From: Kiritimatiellia bacterium
Lineage (GTDB): Bacteria; Verrucomicrobiota; Kiritimatiellia; RFP12; UBA1067
NCBI GenBank assembly: GCA_045598585.1
Contig: JAZLMG010000039.1
Location: 31,558-95,557 of the forward strand
Length of the DNA stretch: 64,000 nucleotides
Direction of reading: 5' to 3'
A program made the translations under genes and the position numbers. Shown piece by piece: positions 50,166 to 58,884 of the stretch. Below the pieces are notes generated by a model. It saw nothing but the letters and a program-made list of their open reading frames with translations. It was not told the origin of the DNA and did not search any database. The stretch's first letter is position 1; every line of letters begins with the position of its first letter.

Positions 50166-51779
50166 TTACCTCTTCTTCCCCAATGCCGCTTTGACGAGGC
50201 CGCCGAAGAGCGGATGCGGAGCGGTCGGACGCGACTTGAATTCGGGATGGAACTGGGCCGCGATGAAGTACGGGTGACCGGGAAGTTCGACGACTTCGAC
50301 GAGCTCACCGTTCGGCGAAAGCCCCGAGACCTTAAGCCCCGCCTTCTCGATCGCTTCGCGCATCGCCGTCTTGTAAGCGAACTCATAGCGATGACGATGT
50401 CGCTCGCTGATTTCAGTCGCTGCGTATAGCTTCGCGCCTAAGCTACCCTTGACGAGATTGCAAGGATACGCGCCGAGACGCATCGTTCCGCCCTTTGCGG
50501 TAATGCCGCGCTGCTCTTCCATGAGGTCGATTACGGGATACGAGGTCTTCTCGTCGAACTCGGTCGAGTTGGCGTCTTTATAGCCGAGGACATTACGCGC
50601 GAATTCGATTACCGTAAGCTGCATACCGAGACAGATACCGAGCATCGGGATCTTGTGTTCGCGAGCGTACTTGATTGCGAGCATCTTACCTTCGATGCCG
50701 CGCGACCCGAAACCGCCGGGAACGAGAATACCGTTAACGCCCTTCAAAAGCGTAATATCCTTCTCGAGCTCCTCCGCTTCGATGCACTTCACATTGACTT
50801 TCGAGTTGTACTGCATTCCCGCGTGATGCAAGGCTTCATGCACGGACTTGTACGCATCGCGAATCGAGATGTACTTGCCGACGAGCGCGATGGTGCACTC
50901 GTGCTTCGGCTGAGTCGCCTTCTTTACTAACGTATCCCAGACAGTATGCTTGATCGGCCAGAGGTCGAGGCGAAGCTGACGAAGGACTTGCTCATCGAGG
51001 CCTTGATTGCGAAGCTCACGCGGAATCGCATAAACGGAATCGGTGACGTCCTTCTCTTCGATGACGCATTCCTTCTTCACATTACAGAACATCGCGAGCT
51101 TGGCAAGATGCTCTTCGGGGATCGTCATCTCGGTGCGACAAACGAGAATATCAGGAACGATACCGATAGCGCGAAGCTGACCGACGGAATGTTGCGAAGG
51201 TTTCGTCTTAAGTTCACCTGCGGCCTTCAAATACGGAACGAGCGTAAGATGAACGAAGCAAGTATTCTCGACGCCTTCTTCAAAGCGGAACTGACGCGCC
51301 GCTTCGAGGAACGGAAGCGACTCGATATCGCCCGAGACGCCACCGATTTCACAAAGGACAATGTCACAATCATGTTCACCCGCGGCGTGAATCGCGTCCT
51401 TGATTTCGTTCGTGATGTGCGGGACGACTTGGACGGTGCCGCCGAGATATCCGCCCGCACGCTCTCTTGCGAGAACCGAAGAGTAGATACGACCCGATGT
51501 GTAGTTCGACGCCTTCGAGCAGGTAACTCCCGCGAAACGTTCGTAGTGACCGAGGTCGAGGTCGGTTTCCGCGCCGTCGTCCGTAACGAAGACTTCGCCG
51601 TGTTGATACGGACTCATCGTCCCGGGGTCGACGTTGAGGTACGGGTCGAGCTTCTGCATGAAGACCTTGTAGCCACGGCTCTTAAGCAATAAGGCGAGCG
51701 AGGCAGAAGTGATGCCCTTACCGAGCGAACTCACAACACCACCCGTAATGAAAACGTACTTAACTTGTTTCTTCTTCAT
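50166..51779 (-). CDS. pyrG: CTP synthase
   Basis: 537 aa. [16 protein letters not shown] and the GATase triad region GICLGMQ. Confidence 0.95.
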   Translation of the reverse strand: MKKKQVKYVFITGGVVSSLGKGITSASLALLLKSRGYKVFMQKLDPYLNVDPGTMSPYQHGEVFVTDDGAETDLDLGHYERFAGVTCSKASNYTSGRIYSSVLARERAGGYLGGTVQVVPHITNEIKDAIHAAGEHDCDIVLCEIGGVSGDIESLPFLEAARQFRFEEGVENTCFVHLTLVPYLKAAGELKTKPSQHSVGQLRAIGIVPDILVCRTEMTIPEEHLAKLAMFCNVKKECVIEEKDVTDSVYAIPRELRNQGLDEQVLRQLRLDLWPIKHTVWDTLVKKATQPKHECTIALVGKYISIRDAYKSVHEALHHAGMQYNSKVNVKCIEAEELEKDITLLKGVNGILVPGGFGSRGIEGKMLAIKYAREHKIPMLGICLGMQLTVIEFARNVLGYKDANSTEFDEKTSYPVIDLMEEQRGITAKGGTMRLGAYPCNLVKGSLGAKLYAATEISERHRHRYEFAYKTAMREAIEKAGLKVSGLSPNGELVEVVELPGHPYFIAAQFHPEFKSRPTAPHPLFGGLVKAALGKKR

Positions 51780-52912
51780 TTCGAAATCATCTCCTTAAAT
51801 TGGTCGAACAAATACTTCGAGTCATGCGGCCCGGGACAGCTCTCGGGATGATACTGAACCGAGAACGCGGGGTACTCTTTATGACGGACGCCTTCGATGG
51901 AGCCGTCGTTCAAATTGATGTGCGTAACCTCCAAGCATTCGGGCACAGTCTCGGGAATAACCGCAAAGTTGTGGTTCTGGCTCGTGATCTCGACCGCTCC
52001 GGTCTTCAAGTTTTTAACGGGATGGTTGCAACCATGATGCCCGAATTTAAGGCGGCCCGTCTTCGCACCCGAGGCAATCGAGAGGAGCTGATGACCTAAG
52101 CAAATGCCCATCATCGGAACTTTGCCGAGAAGCGCTTTGATGTTCTCGACCGCATACGTAACTGCCGCGGGATCAGCTGGGCCGTTCGAAAGGAAGACGC
52201 CGTCCGGATTCATCGCGAGGACTTCATCGGCGCTCGTCTTCGCAGGAACGACGGTCACACGTGCGAACTCCGTCAAGTTGCGAAGAATGTTCGTCTTGAC
52301 GCCGAAGTCGTACGCAACAACTAAAGGAAGTGTAGAAGTATGAGTGTTGAGTGTTGAGTGATGGAATTCGTATGATTCGGAACAAGTTACTTTTGCCGCG
52401 TAATCTTGCCCATCAAGCCCTTCCCACGCCTTTGCGCGGCGAACTGCCTCCTCTTCACTGATCTCTTCACCTTCAACATCGACATGAAGATACGCCTTCA
52501 TGTTGCCATGATCGCGAAGATGAATCGTAAGTGAGCGAGTATCGACTCCGTAGATGCCGGGCTTCTTCGCCTTCTTAAGGTACTCATCTATGCTCATCGT
52601 CGAGCGATAATTCGACGGCTCGGTCAGATCGTGAATCACGAGGCCGTTTAGAAAGAGAGAACGTGATTCCACGTCCTCTTCGTTTACGCCGTAGTTTCCG
52701 ATTTCGGGATAGGTGAGCGTCACGAACTGTCCCGCATAACTCGGATCGGTCAAAATCTCTTGATAACCGGCCATGCCCGTATTGAAGACGACTTCTCCGA
52801 CAGTATCCTTTAAATGCCCGAAGGCGACACCATGGAAAATGGTGCCGTCTTCGAGAGCGAGAAACGCCTTTTTCTCGCGTTCTTTTTGCCACTTCTCAAT
52901 AAGAGCGGTCAT
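51776..52912 (-). CDS. carA: Carbamoyl-phosphate synthase small subunit
   Basis: 378 aa. [24 protein letters not shown] and HNFAV motifs. Confidence 0.93.
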   Translation of the reverse strand: MTALIEKWQKEREKKAFLALEDGTIFHGVAFGHLKDTVGEVVFNTGMAGYQEILTDPSYAGQFVTLTYPEIGNYGVNEEDVESRSLFLNGLVIHDLTEPSNYRSTMSIDEYLKKAKKPGIYGVDTRSLTIHLRDHGNMKAYLHVDVEGEEISEEEAVRRAKAWEGLDGQDYAAKVTCSESYEFHHSTLNTHTSTLPLVVAYDFGVKTNILRNLTEFARVTVVPAKTSADEVLAMNPDGVFLSNGPADPAAVTYAVENIKALLGKVPMMGICLGHQLLSIASGAKTGRLKFGHHGCNHPVKNLKTGAVEITSQNHNFAVIPETVPECLEVTHINLNDGSIEGVRHKEYPAFSVQYHPESCPGPHDSKYLFDQFKEMISK

Positions 52913-54452
52913 TTGATTTCTCCAAATAATTCTTGAGGGCCTTCCTTAAGACCTTGTAACCACCCGGCGTCGGGTAGTCGCCCGTAAAGTACCAGTCACC
53001 CTTGTTGAGCGGACAACACTGATGAAGATCTTTGACGCGCTGATAAACGACTTCGACTTCGGCCTTAAGTTCCGGAGGCGTTAGGAGTCGCGCGACTTCC
53101 TTCGAAAGCTCCGCATCACTGAAGCGCGCATAAAGCTTTTCGAGCGGATTCAAGTCCGCCGATTCATACGCGGCCTTAAGCTCTTCGTCGGCCTTCTCGC
53201 CTAATAGATTGACAAGCGCACGAAACGCTACGAGCTCGCCTAAGGTCGACATGTCGATACCGTAGCAGTCCGGATACTTGATCGGCGGCGCGGAAGAAGC
53301 TATGACGATCTTCTTCGGCCCAAGGCGATCGAGCATCGGGAGAATCGCGTTGCGCATCGTATTGCCGCGAACAATCGAGTCGTCGATAACGACTAGGTCG
53401 TCCTTCCCTTCGCGAACAAGTCCGTAAGTTACGTCGTAGACGTGCTTATAGAACTCTTTGCGCGAAGCGGCATCGGCGATGAAGGTGCGGAACTTCGCGT
53501 CCTTAACGCAAATCTGTCCGAAGCGCACGTTCTTTCCTTCGCGCATACCGACCTTGAAAAGCTTCTCCAAAAGTCCATGAAAGGAAACTTGCGCGGAGTT
53601 CGGGATGTAGCTGAAGAAGGTGTTTTCGATATCTCCGTCCGCCGCTTCGATGATGCGATTAGCTAACGCCGCGCCGAGCATCTTGCGTTCGTGATGAATG
53701 AGATGATCGTTCGCACGCGAGAAGTAGATGCGCTCGAAGACGCAGCTACGCTTCTCCAACGGCTCGAGACATTCATGGAAAACGGCGCGCCCTTCTTTAT
53801 CGATTACGAGCGCCTTGCCGGGAGGAAGCGGCTTCACATCATCAACCGAGCAATCGAACGCGGCCTGAATCGCGGGACGTTCGCTCGCAACCGCGACGAA
53901 TTCGCCGGAGATATAGTAGTAACCGGGGCGAATCGCATGCGGGTCGCGAATCGCGAAGGCCTCACCCTGCTTCGTCATGCCGACAAAGACGTAGGCGCCG
54001 TCGAGCCCGGAGAGCGTTTCCTTAAGCGCCGTCACAATGCCCTTATCGAGCTTCGACGCGATTCGCTCGCAAACTACCGCGCAGTCGGGACGCGACTGAT
54101 CGGGATTCTCGGTCAAATTGAAGTTACCGGCAAGTGCCAAATCGCCCGAGAGGAACGGGTGGCAATAGTCGAGATTCTTTCTGCCGAAGGTCGCATAACG
54201 AAGATGCCCGAGGAAGATATCTTCTCCTCGGGTATCACGCTTGGCGATCTGAGATAAAAGCCCCTGAAGTTCGGTATCCTTAAGGACAGTGAACTCCCCG
54301 CAGAGTTCAGTCGCGGCGCCTACGCCGTCCTGCCCGCGGTTATGTTGCTTTTCGAGGAGGAGCGATAACTTCGCCCCTCCCCAGTCGCCGGGGTGGCTCT
54401 TAAGAGGCCTTAAGAGCGCAACCCCGCATTCGTGTTTAATCGCGTCAGACAT
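52896..54452 (-). CDS. purF: Amidophosphoribosyltransferase-like class II glutamine amidotransferase (divergent long PurF type with short propeptide)
   Basis: ORF trimmed to ATG 54452 ([18 protein letters not shown], Ntn-Cys after the propeptide). PRT-type motif [12 protein letters not shown]. Confidence 0.7.
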   Translation of the reverse strand: MSDAIKHECGVALLRPLKSHPGDWGGAKLSLLLEKQHNRGQDGVGAATELCGEFTVLKDTELQGLLSQIAKRDTRGEDIFLGHLRYATFGRKNLDYCHPFLSGDLALAGNFNLTENPDQSRPDCAVVCERIASKLDKGIVTALKETLSGLDGAYVFVGMTKQGEAFAIRDPHAIRPGYYYISGEFVAVASERPAIQAAFDCSVDDVKPLPPGKALVIDKEGRAVFHECLEPLEKRSCVFERIYFSRANDHLIHHERKMLGAALANRIIEAADGDIENTFFSYIPNSAQVSFHGLLEKLFKVGMREGKNVRFGQICVKDAKFRTFIADAASRKEFYKHVYDVTYGLVREGKDDLVVIDDSIVRGNTMRNAILPMLDRLGPKKIVIASSAPPIKYPDCYGIDMSTLGELVAFRALVNLLGEKADEELKAAYESADLNPLEKLYARFSDAELSKEVARLLTPPELKAEVEVVYQRVKDLHQCCPLNKGDWYFTGDYPTPGGYKVLRKALKNYLEKSNDRSY

Positions 54453-54453
54453 C

Positions 54454-56547
54454 TTAGTAAAGGAAGAGCATCTCGCGATACTTGGGAAGCGGCCACGCCG
54501 CGACCTTGTGTTCGAGCGAGTCGACGGTCGAACGCATCGCAGCCATCGCGTCGATGATCGCAGCATTGTCGTGAGCATCGAGCGCGGCATCGAGCGCGGC
54601 GATTTCAGCGCCGAGCTTGTCGAGGCCCGAGCCGAGTGTCGTGACGTCGCCCTTGAGCGCGGCAGTTCCCGCGGCAACTCCGAGCGATTCGGCCTGAGCG
54701 AAAGCGGCGAGCGACGATGCGTATTCCTTCTTGACCGCGGGGAGAATCATTTCGGACGCGATATCACGAGCGCAGACGCCTTCGATACGAACGCGCGTCT
54801 CGTAATCTTCGACGAAGATCTCATGACGGCTCTTGAGTTCACGATCCGAGAAGACGCCGTACTTCTTGAAGAGCGCGATGTTCTCCTTCTTCGTGAGCGC
54901 CTTGAGAGCTTCGGTCGTATTCGCCGCGTTCGGGAGACCGCGCTTCGCAGCTTCAGCGAGCCAATCGGCATCATAGCCGTTACCATTGAAGACGACGCGG
55001 CTATGTTCTTTCAAGGAGCTCTGGAGAATATTCTGGAGCGCCTTATGGAACGCGGTCGTGTGTTCGCCGGGCTTGGCCTTACCGCAAGTACCCGACGCTT
55101 CGAGTTCGCATGCGATACGCTCAATCGATTCGGCAACGATCGTGTTGAGGACAGTCATCGGACCCGAGCAGCAGACGCTCGAACCGGGAGCGCGGAACTC
55201 GAACTTGTTGCCGGTGAAAGCGAATGGCGAGGTGCGGTTGCGGTCGGTCGCGTCCTTCGGGAGCGCGGGGAGGATGTCGACGCCGATCGAGAGCTGGCCG
55301 GCCTTCTTGCCCTTACCCGAAGTACCCTTTTCGATGCGCTCGACGACTTCCGCGAGCTGATCGCCGAGATAAATCGAGATGACGGCAGGCGGCGCTTCGT
55401 TAGCGCCGAGACGATGGTCGTTACCGGCGCCTGCGACCGAAACGCGAAGGAGGTCGGCGTGCTTGTCGACGGCTTCGATGATCGCGGTGAGGACGGTCAA
55501 GAAGATCGCGTTGTCGCTCGGGTTCGTGCCCGGATCAAGGAGGTTCTTGCCACCGTAGCTGACGGACCAGTTGTTGTGCTTACCCGAGCCGTTGACGCCC
55601 GCATAGGGCTTCTCATGGAGGAGGCACTTCATACCGTACTTCTCGGCGACGTTACGAAGAACGTCCATAACGAGCATGTTGTGGTCGGACGCGAGGTTAA
55701 GTTCTTCGAACTGCGGCGCGAGCTCGAACTGAGCGGGAGCGACTTCGTTGTGACGAGTCTTCGCCGGGATGCCGAGACGCCAGAGCTCCTTTTCGACGTC
55801 GTTCATGAAGGAAAGGATGCGGTTCGGAATCGTGCCGAAGTAGTGGTCTTCAAGCTGCTGACCCTTGGCGGAAGGCGCGCCGAAGAGTGTGCGACCGGTC
55901 ATGATGAGGTCGGGGCGCTGTTCCCAATACTTCTTATCGACGAGGAAGTATTCCTGTTCGGCGCCGAGCGTGCAACCGACATGCGCGGGGGCCTTCGCGA
56001 AAAGTCCCATCAAGTGCTTGAGCGACTTGTCGAGGGCCTGCATCGAACGAAGAAGCGGAGTCTTCTTATCGAGCGCTTCGCCCGTATAGGCACAGAACGC
56101 CGTCGGAATGCACAAGGTCGCACCGTTGCCATGACGCTTGATGAACGCGGGGGAGGTAGGATCCCAAGCGGTATAGCCACGCGCTTCGAAGGTCGAACGA
56201 ATACCGCCCGAGGGGAAAGAGGAGGCGTCAGGTTCGCCGACGATAAGGTTCTTACCCGAGAAAGTCATCATCGGCTCGCCGTCCTTGATTTCGAGGAAGG
56301 AGTCGTGCTTCTCGGCGGTCGAACCGGTCATAGGAAGGAACCAGTGAGTATAGTGGGTAGCGCCGCGGTCCATCGCCCAATGCTTCATCGCGTGGGCAAC
56401 TTCGCCCGCAATCGAAGGATCGAGCTTCTCACCTTTTTCAATCGTCGAGAGGAGTTTTTTGGCGGTGTCCTTCGACAAATACTGACGAATCGCTTCGGCT
56501 CCGAAAATGTCGCTACCGAAATCGGTTACTTTCTTGGCTTCTTCCAT
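54454..56547 (-). CDS. glnN: Glutamine synthetase type III
   Basis: 697 aa. The length and motifs (HNEVAPAQFE, NGSGKHNNWS) are typical of GSIII. Confidence 0.88.
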   Translation of the reverse strand: MEEAKKVTDFGSDIFGAEAIRQYLSKDTAKKLLSTIEKGEKLDPSIAGEVAHAMKHWAMDRGATHYTHWFLPMTGSTAEKHDSFLEIKDGEPMMTFSGKNLIVGEPDASSFPSGGIRSTFEARGYTAWDPTSPAFIKRHGNGATLCIPTAFCAYTGEALDKKTPLLRSMQALDKSLKHLMGLFAKAPAHVGCTLGAEQEYFLVDKKYWEQRPDLIMTGRTLFGAPSAKGQQLEDHYFGTIPNRILSFMNDVEKELWRLGIPAKTRHNEVAPAQFELAPQFEELNLASDHNMLVMDVLRNVAEKYGMKCLLHEKPYAGVNGSGKHNNWSVSYGGKNLLDPGTNPSDNAIFLTVLTAIIEAVDKHADLLRVSVAGAGNDHRLGANEAPPAVISIYLGDQLAEVVERIEKGTSGKGKKAGQLSIGVDILPALPKDATDRNRTSPFAFTGNKFEFRAPGSSVCCSGPMTVLNTIVAESIERIACELEASGTCGKAKPGEHTTAFHKALQNILQSSLKEHSRVVFNGNGYDADWLAEAAKRGLPNAANTTEALKALTKKENIALFKKYGVFSDRELKSRHEIFVEDYETRVRIEGVCARDIASEMILPAVKKEYASSLAAFAQAESLGVAAGTAALKGDVTTLGSGLDKLGAEIAALDAALDAHDNAAIIDAMAAMRSTVDSLEHKVAAWPLPKYREMLFLY

Positions 56548-56588
56548 TGTAATCCTTTCCGGATGAACTTTGCATCCGAAAACGGATT

Positions 56589-56605
56589 ATGCAACGCCTG
56601 TGCCA
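56589..56605 (-). promoter_or_regulatory. Sigma-54 (-24/-12) promoter TGGCAC-N5-TTGCAT upstream of glnN
   Basis: Reverse complement of 56589-56605 is TGGCACaggcgTTGCAT. It lies 41 nt upstream of ATG 56547, with GGAAAGGA as the SD. Confidence 0.75.
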
Positions 56606-56708
56606 AGCAAATCCACCTCTTCCTCTTACATTTTCTGTAAGACTCGCCTCTCCCTCTTACAATCTTCGAAAAATAAATATCATATCCAACCGAATTTGGG
56701 AAAGATGA

Positions 56709-56738
56709 TTGCGCGGTCAGGCGCTTTTTTGCTATAAT
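56709..56738 (+). promoter_or_regulatory. Sigma-70-type promoter of ldhA: -35 TTGCGC, 18-nt spacer, extended -10 TGCTATAAT
   Basis: TTGCGC at 56709-56714 and TGCTATAAT at 56730-56738. A 31-nt leader with AAGGAG precedes ATG 56770. Confidence 0.55.
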
Positions 56739-56769
56739 TGGCTTCACTTACGAAAAGGAGCTCATTCTT

Positions 56770-57780
56770 ATGAAAAAGATTGCGTTTTTCAGTGCCAAAG
56801 CTTATGACCGCGAAGCTTTTGACGCGGCAAATAACGGTAGATACGATATTCGCTATTTTAGAACGCGCCTCGCTCCGACCTCCATTCCTTTAGCCGAGGG
56901 TTGCGATGCCGTGTGCGCCTTCGTGAACGACACACTCAATAAGGAGGTAATCGAAGGCCTTAAAGCGCGCGGCATCAAGCTTATCGCGATGCGCTGCGCG
57001 GGATACAACAATGTCGATTTTAAGGCAGCTTATGACGAAGGACTTACCATCGTTCGAGTTCCTGCCTACTCGCCTTATGCGGTAGCCGAACATGCTGCAG
57101 CCCTCCTCCTTACCTTGAATCGCCACCTCCACAAAGCAGCCGCGCGAACACGCGACTACAACTTTTCGCTTAATGGTCTTACCGGCTTCGATCTTCACGG
57201 CAAAACCGCCGGCATCATCGGTGCGGGTAAAATCGGCCGCATTTTCGGCGATATCATGAGGGGCTTCGGGATGAAAGTCCTCGCTTTCGACAACTTTCCC
57301 GTCGAAGGAAGCGGCCTCGAATATTGTGAGCTGGACCGCATCTTCAAGGAAGCGGACGTTATCTCGCTTCACTGCCCTCTGACACAAGATAATCACCACC
57401 TCGTCAATGCCGAGAAACTCGCCATGATGAAGGAGACCGCAATTTTGATCAACACTTCGCGTGGTGGGCTCATCGATTCCGATGCGCTCCTCAATGCGCT
57501 ACGCGAAGGCCAAATCGGTGGAGCGGGGCTCGATGTCTACGAAGAAGAAGGCGAATGGTTCTATGATGATCACTCCGAAACGATTAAGCAAAATAAGAAT
57601 CTCTCGCTCCTCGTTTCGATGCCGAATGTGATCGTGACATCTCACCAAGCCTTCCTCACTCACGAAGCGCTGTCGAATATCGCGAATACCACCCTAAAGA
57701 ATCTCGACGATTTCTTCTCCGGCGCCGAGCTCGAAAACGAGGTTTGCCCCACAGGCACCTGCACCCACAAACGCGGATAG
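56770..57780 (+). CDS. ldhA: D-lactate dehydrogenase (D-isomer 2-hydroxyacid dehydrogenase)
   Basis: 336 aa. MKKIAFFSAKAYDREAF..., NAD motif GIIGAGKIGR, and the catalytic region NTSRGGLID...SHQAFLT. Confidence 0.85.
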   Translation: MKKIAFFSAKAYDREAFDAANNGRYDIRYFRTRLAPTSIPLAEGCDAVCAFVNDTLNKEVIEGLKARGIKLIAMRCAGYNNVDFKAAYDEGLTIVRVPAYSPYAVAEHAAALLLTLNRHLHKAAARTRDYNFSLNGLTGFDLHGKTAGIIGAGKIGRIFGDIMRGFGMKVLAFDNFPVEGSGLEYCELDRIFKEADVISLHCPLTQDNHHLVNAEKLAMMKETAILINTSRGGLIDSDALLNALREGQIGGAGLDVYEEEGEWFYDDHSETIKQNKNLSLLVSMPNVIVTSHQAFLTHEALSNIANTTLKNLDDFFSGAELENEVCPTGTCTHKRG

Positions 57781-57934
57781 GGAAATGTTGCTTTGGTCGC
57801 CACTCGAACGCTGATAATTGGTTTTGAGAAAGTCCTTCCGGACTTCTCCTTCATGCAAGTCGATGACTGAGCGAAGGAACTCATCAAGCGAAATCCCATA
57901 GCATCGCCTTGCATGCGCCCAAAGCAACATTTCC
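57781..57934. repeat. Perfect 16-bp inverted repeat (GGAAATGTTGCTTTGG / CCAAAGCAACATTTCC) flanking 122 bp, starting 1 nt after the ldhA stop
   Basis: Arms at 57781-57796 and 57919-57934 are exact reverse complements. Confidence 0.85.
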
Positions 57935-58021
57935 CCATCCGCTTAATCTGATGACAGCTCGTCATCAGACGTCGCATACCGCAGCGGTTTTACATAAACA
58001 TAAGAAAGAGACTAATATTTA

Positions 58022-58873
58022 TTACCGAAAGCGCAAGAGTGCGAATCTAACGAAATCTTTAACATTATCTACAATACCAGCATCTCGAAGCAATTGAGAT
58101 CGTTTATCGTAAATATTCGCAATATCCTTTTTTATGTCTTCATCCTTACCATGATGAAAGAATCGATGGCATTGAGGACATAAGCAGACAACATTAGCCG
58201 CAGTATCAAGCGACACCGAAAACTCTCCTTGCGATGAGAGCTTTATACAATGGTGCACTTCAAAATATTGAGAACCGTCTCTACGCTCAAATGTAGCATC
58301 GACACCGCAACGTTCGCAATGCCCAATCTTCAATGCTGCTTCAACAACAGAAGAATTTCGACTCAAAGAGTAACTCTTCCTAGCAACACGCTCCGGAATC
58401 ATATCCTGCGGCTCAGTTATAACGCCATCAAGATCAACATGAAGGTTTTCATACCAATAACGCACGAATTGGTTCTTATTCACCTTTGAGATTGTCTTCC
58501 TAAACGGAAGTCCCATAATCGGCGCAACCTGATATTCATTTACAAACCTTTGCATTGCCGGAGTAGGATCAAGTGACAATATCTCCACAGGTCGAGTCAG
58601 CCCATACCAATGAGACTCGTTCTTGTCACAATTTGGTTTCCTTTCGCCGATTATACGCACAAGAGCAAATAGACGTTTCCCTTTACCGACTGCAACAACA
58701 TCACCATTCTTCACGCGGCTAATGAAAACTTCTTGCAGACCTCGATTATACCATTGTTTTTCATCTCCCATACCGACATCGCGATATCTGACGATTGTTT
58801 CAAGCATCCTTTCGATGGAATAATCTTTGCTGGAATCTTCCCCGGGATGAAGCTGCATATACCAAAAGTTCAC
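58022..58873 (-). CDS. HNH endonuclease with uncharacterised N-terminal domain (about 180 aa)
   Basis: 283 aa. GTG start with AAGGAG 6 nt upstream. HNH region CERCGVDATFERRDGSQYFEVHHCIKLS...VCLCPQCHRFFHHG. Confidence 0.75.
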   Translation of the reverse strand: MNFWYMQLHPGEDSSKDYSIERMLETIVRYRDVGMGDEKQWYNRGLQEVFISRVKNGDVVAVGKGKRLFALVRIIGERKPNCDKNESHWYGLTRPVEILSLDPTPAMQRFVNEYQVAPIMGLPFRKTISKVNKNQFVRYWYENLHVDLDGVITEPQDMIPERVARKSYSLSRNSSVVEAALKIGHCERCGVDATFERRDGSQYFEVHHCIKLSSQGEFSVSLDTAANVVCLCPQCHRFFHHGKDEDIKKDIANIYDKRSQLLRDAGIVDNVKDFVRFALLRFR

Positions 58874-58884
58874 AAGATACTCCT

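Noticed and set aside
50162-50386. N-terminal extensions of ORF-track entries: carB to 50386, purF-like to 54677, rfbA to 28194, ABC to 35827, membrane protein to 38670, kinase-like protein to 15107, DUF1796-like to 23055, and 11045-11500.
   Set aside because: The extensions are R/S-rich, overlap the upstream gene, and precede internal Met or GTG codons that align with canonical N-termini and sit 0-4 nt from the upstream stop. The coordinates were trimmed accordingly.
54289-56640. Very long plus-strand ORF (783 aa) opposite glnN and the purF-like gene. Similar long antisense ORFs lie at 47819-49945 (708 aa, opposite carB), 2506-3918, 7018-8196, 22928-23857, 25450-26496, 32935-33828, 39610-40209 and 50946-51692.
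   Set aside because: All lie antisense to strongly recognisable conserved genes and have R/D/E/L-rich low-complexity translations with no motifs. These are classic shadow ORFs in moderately GC-rich DNA.
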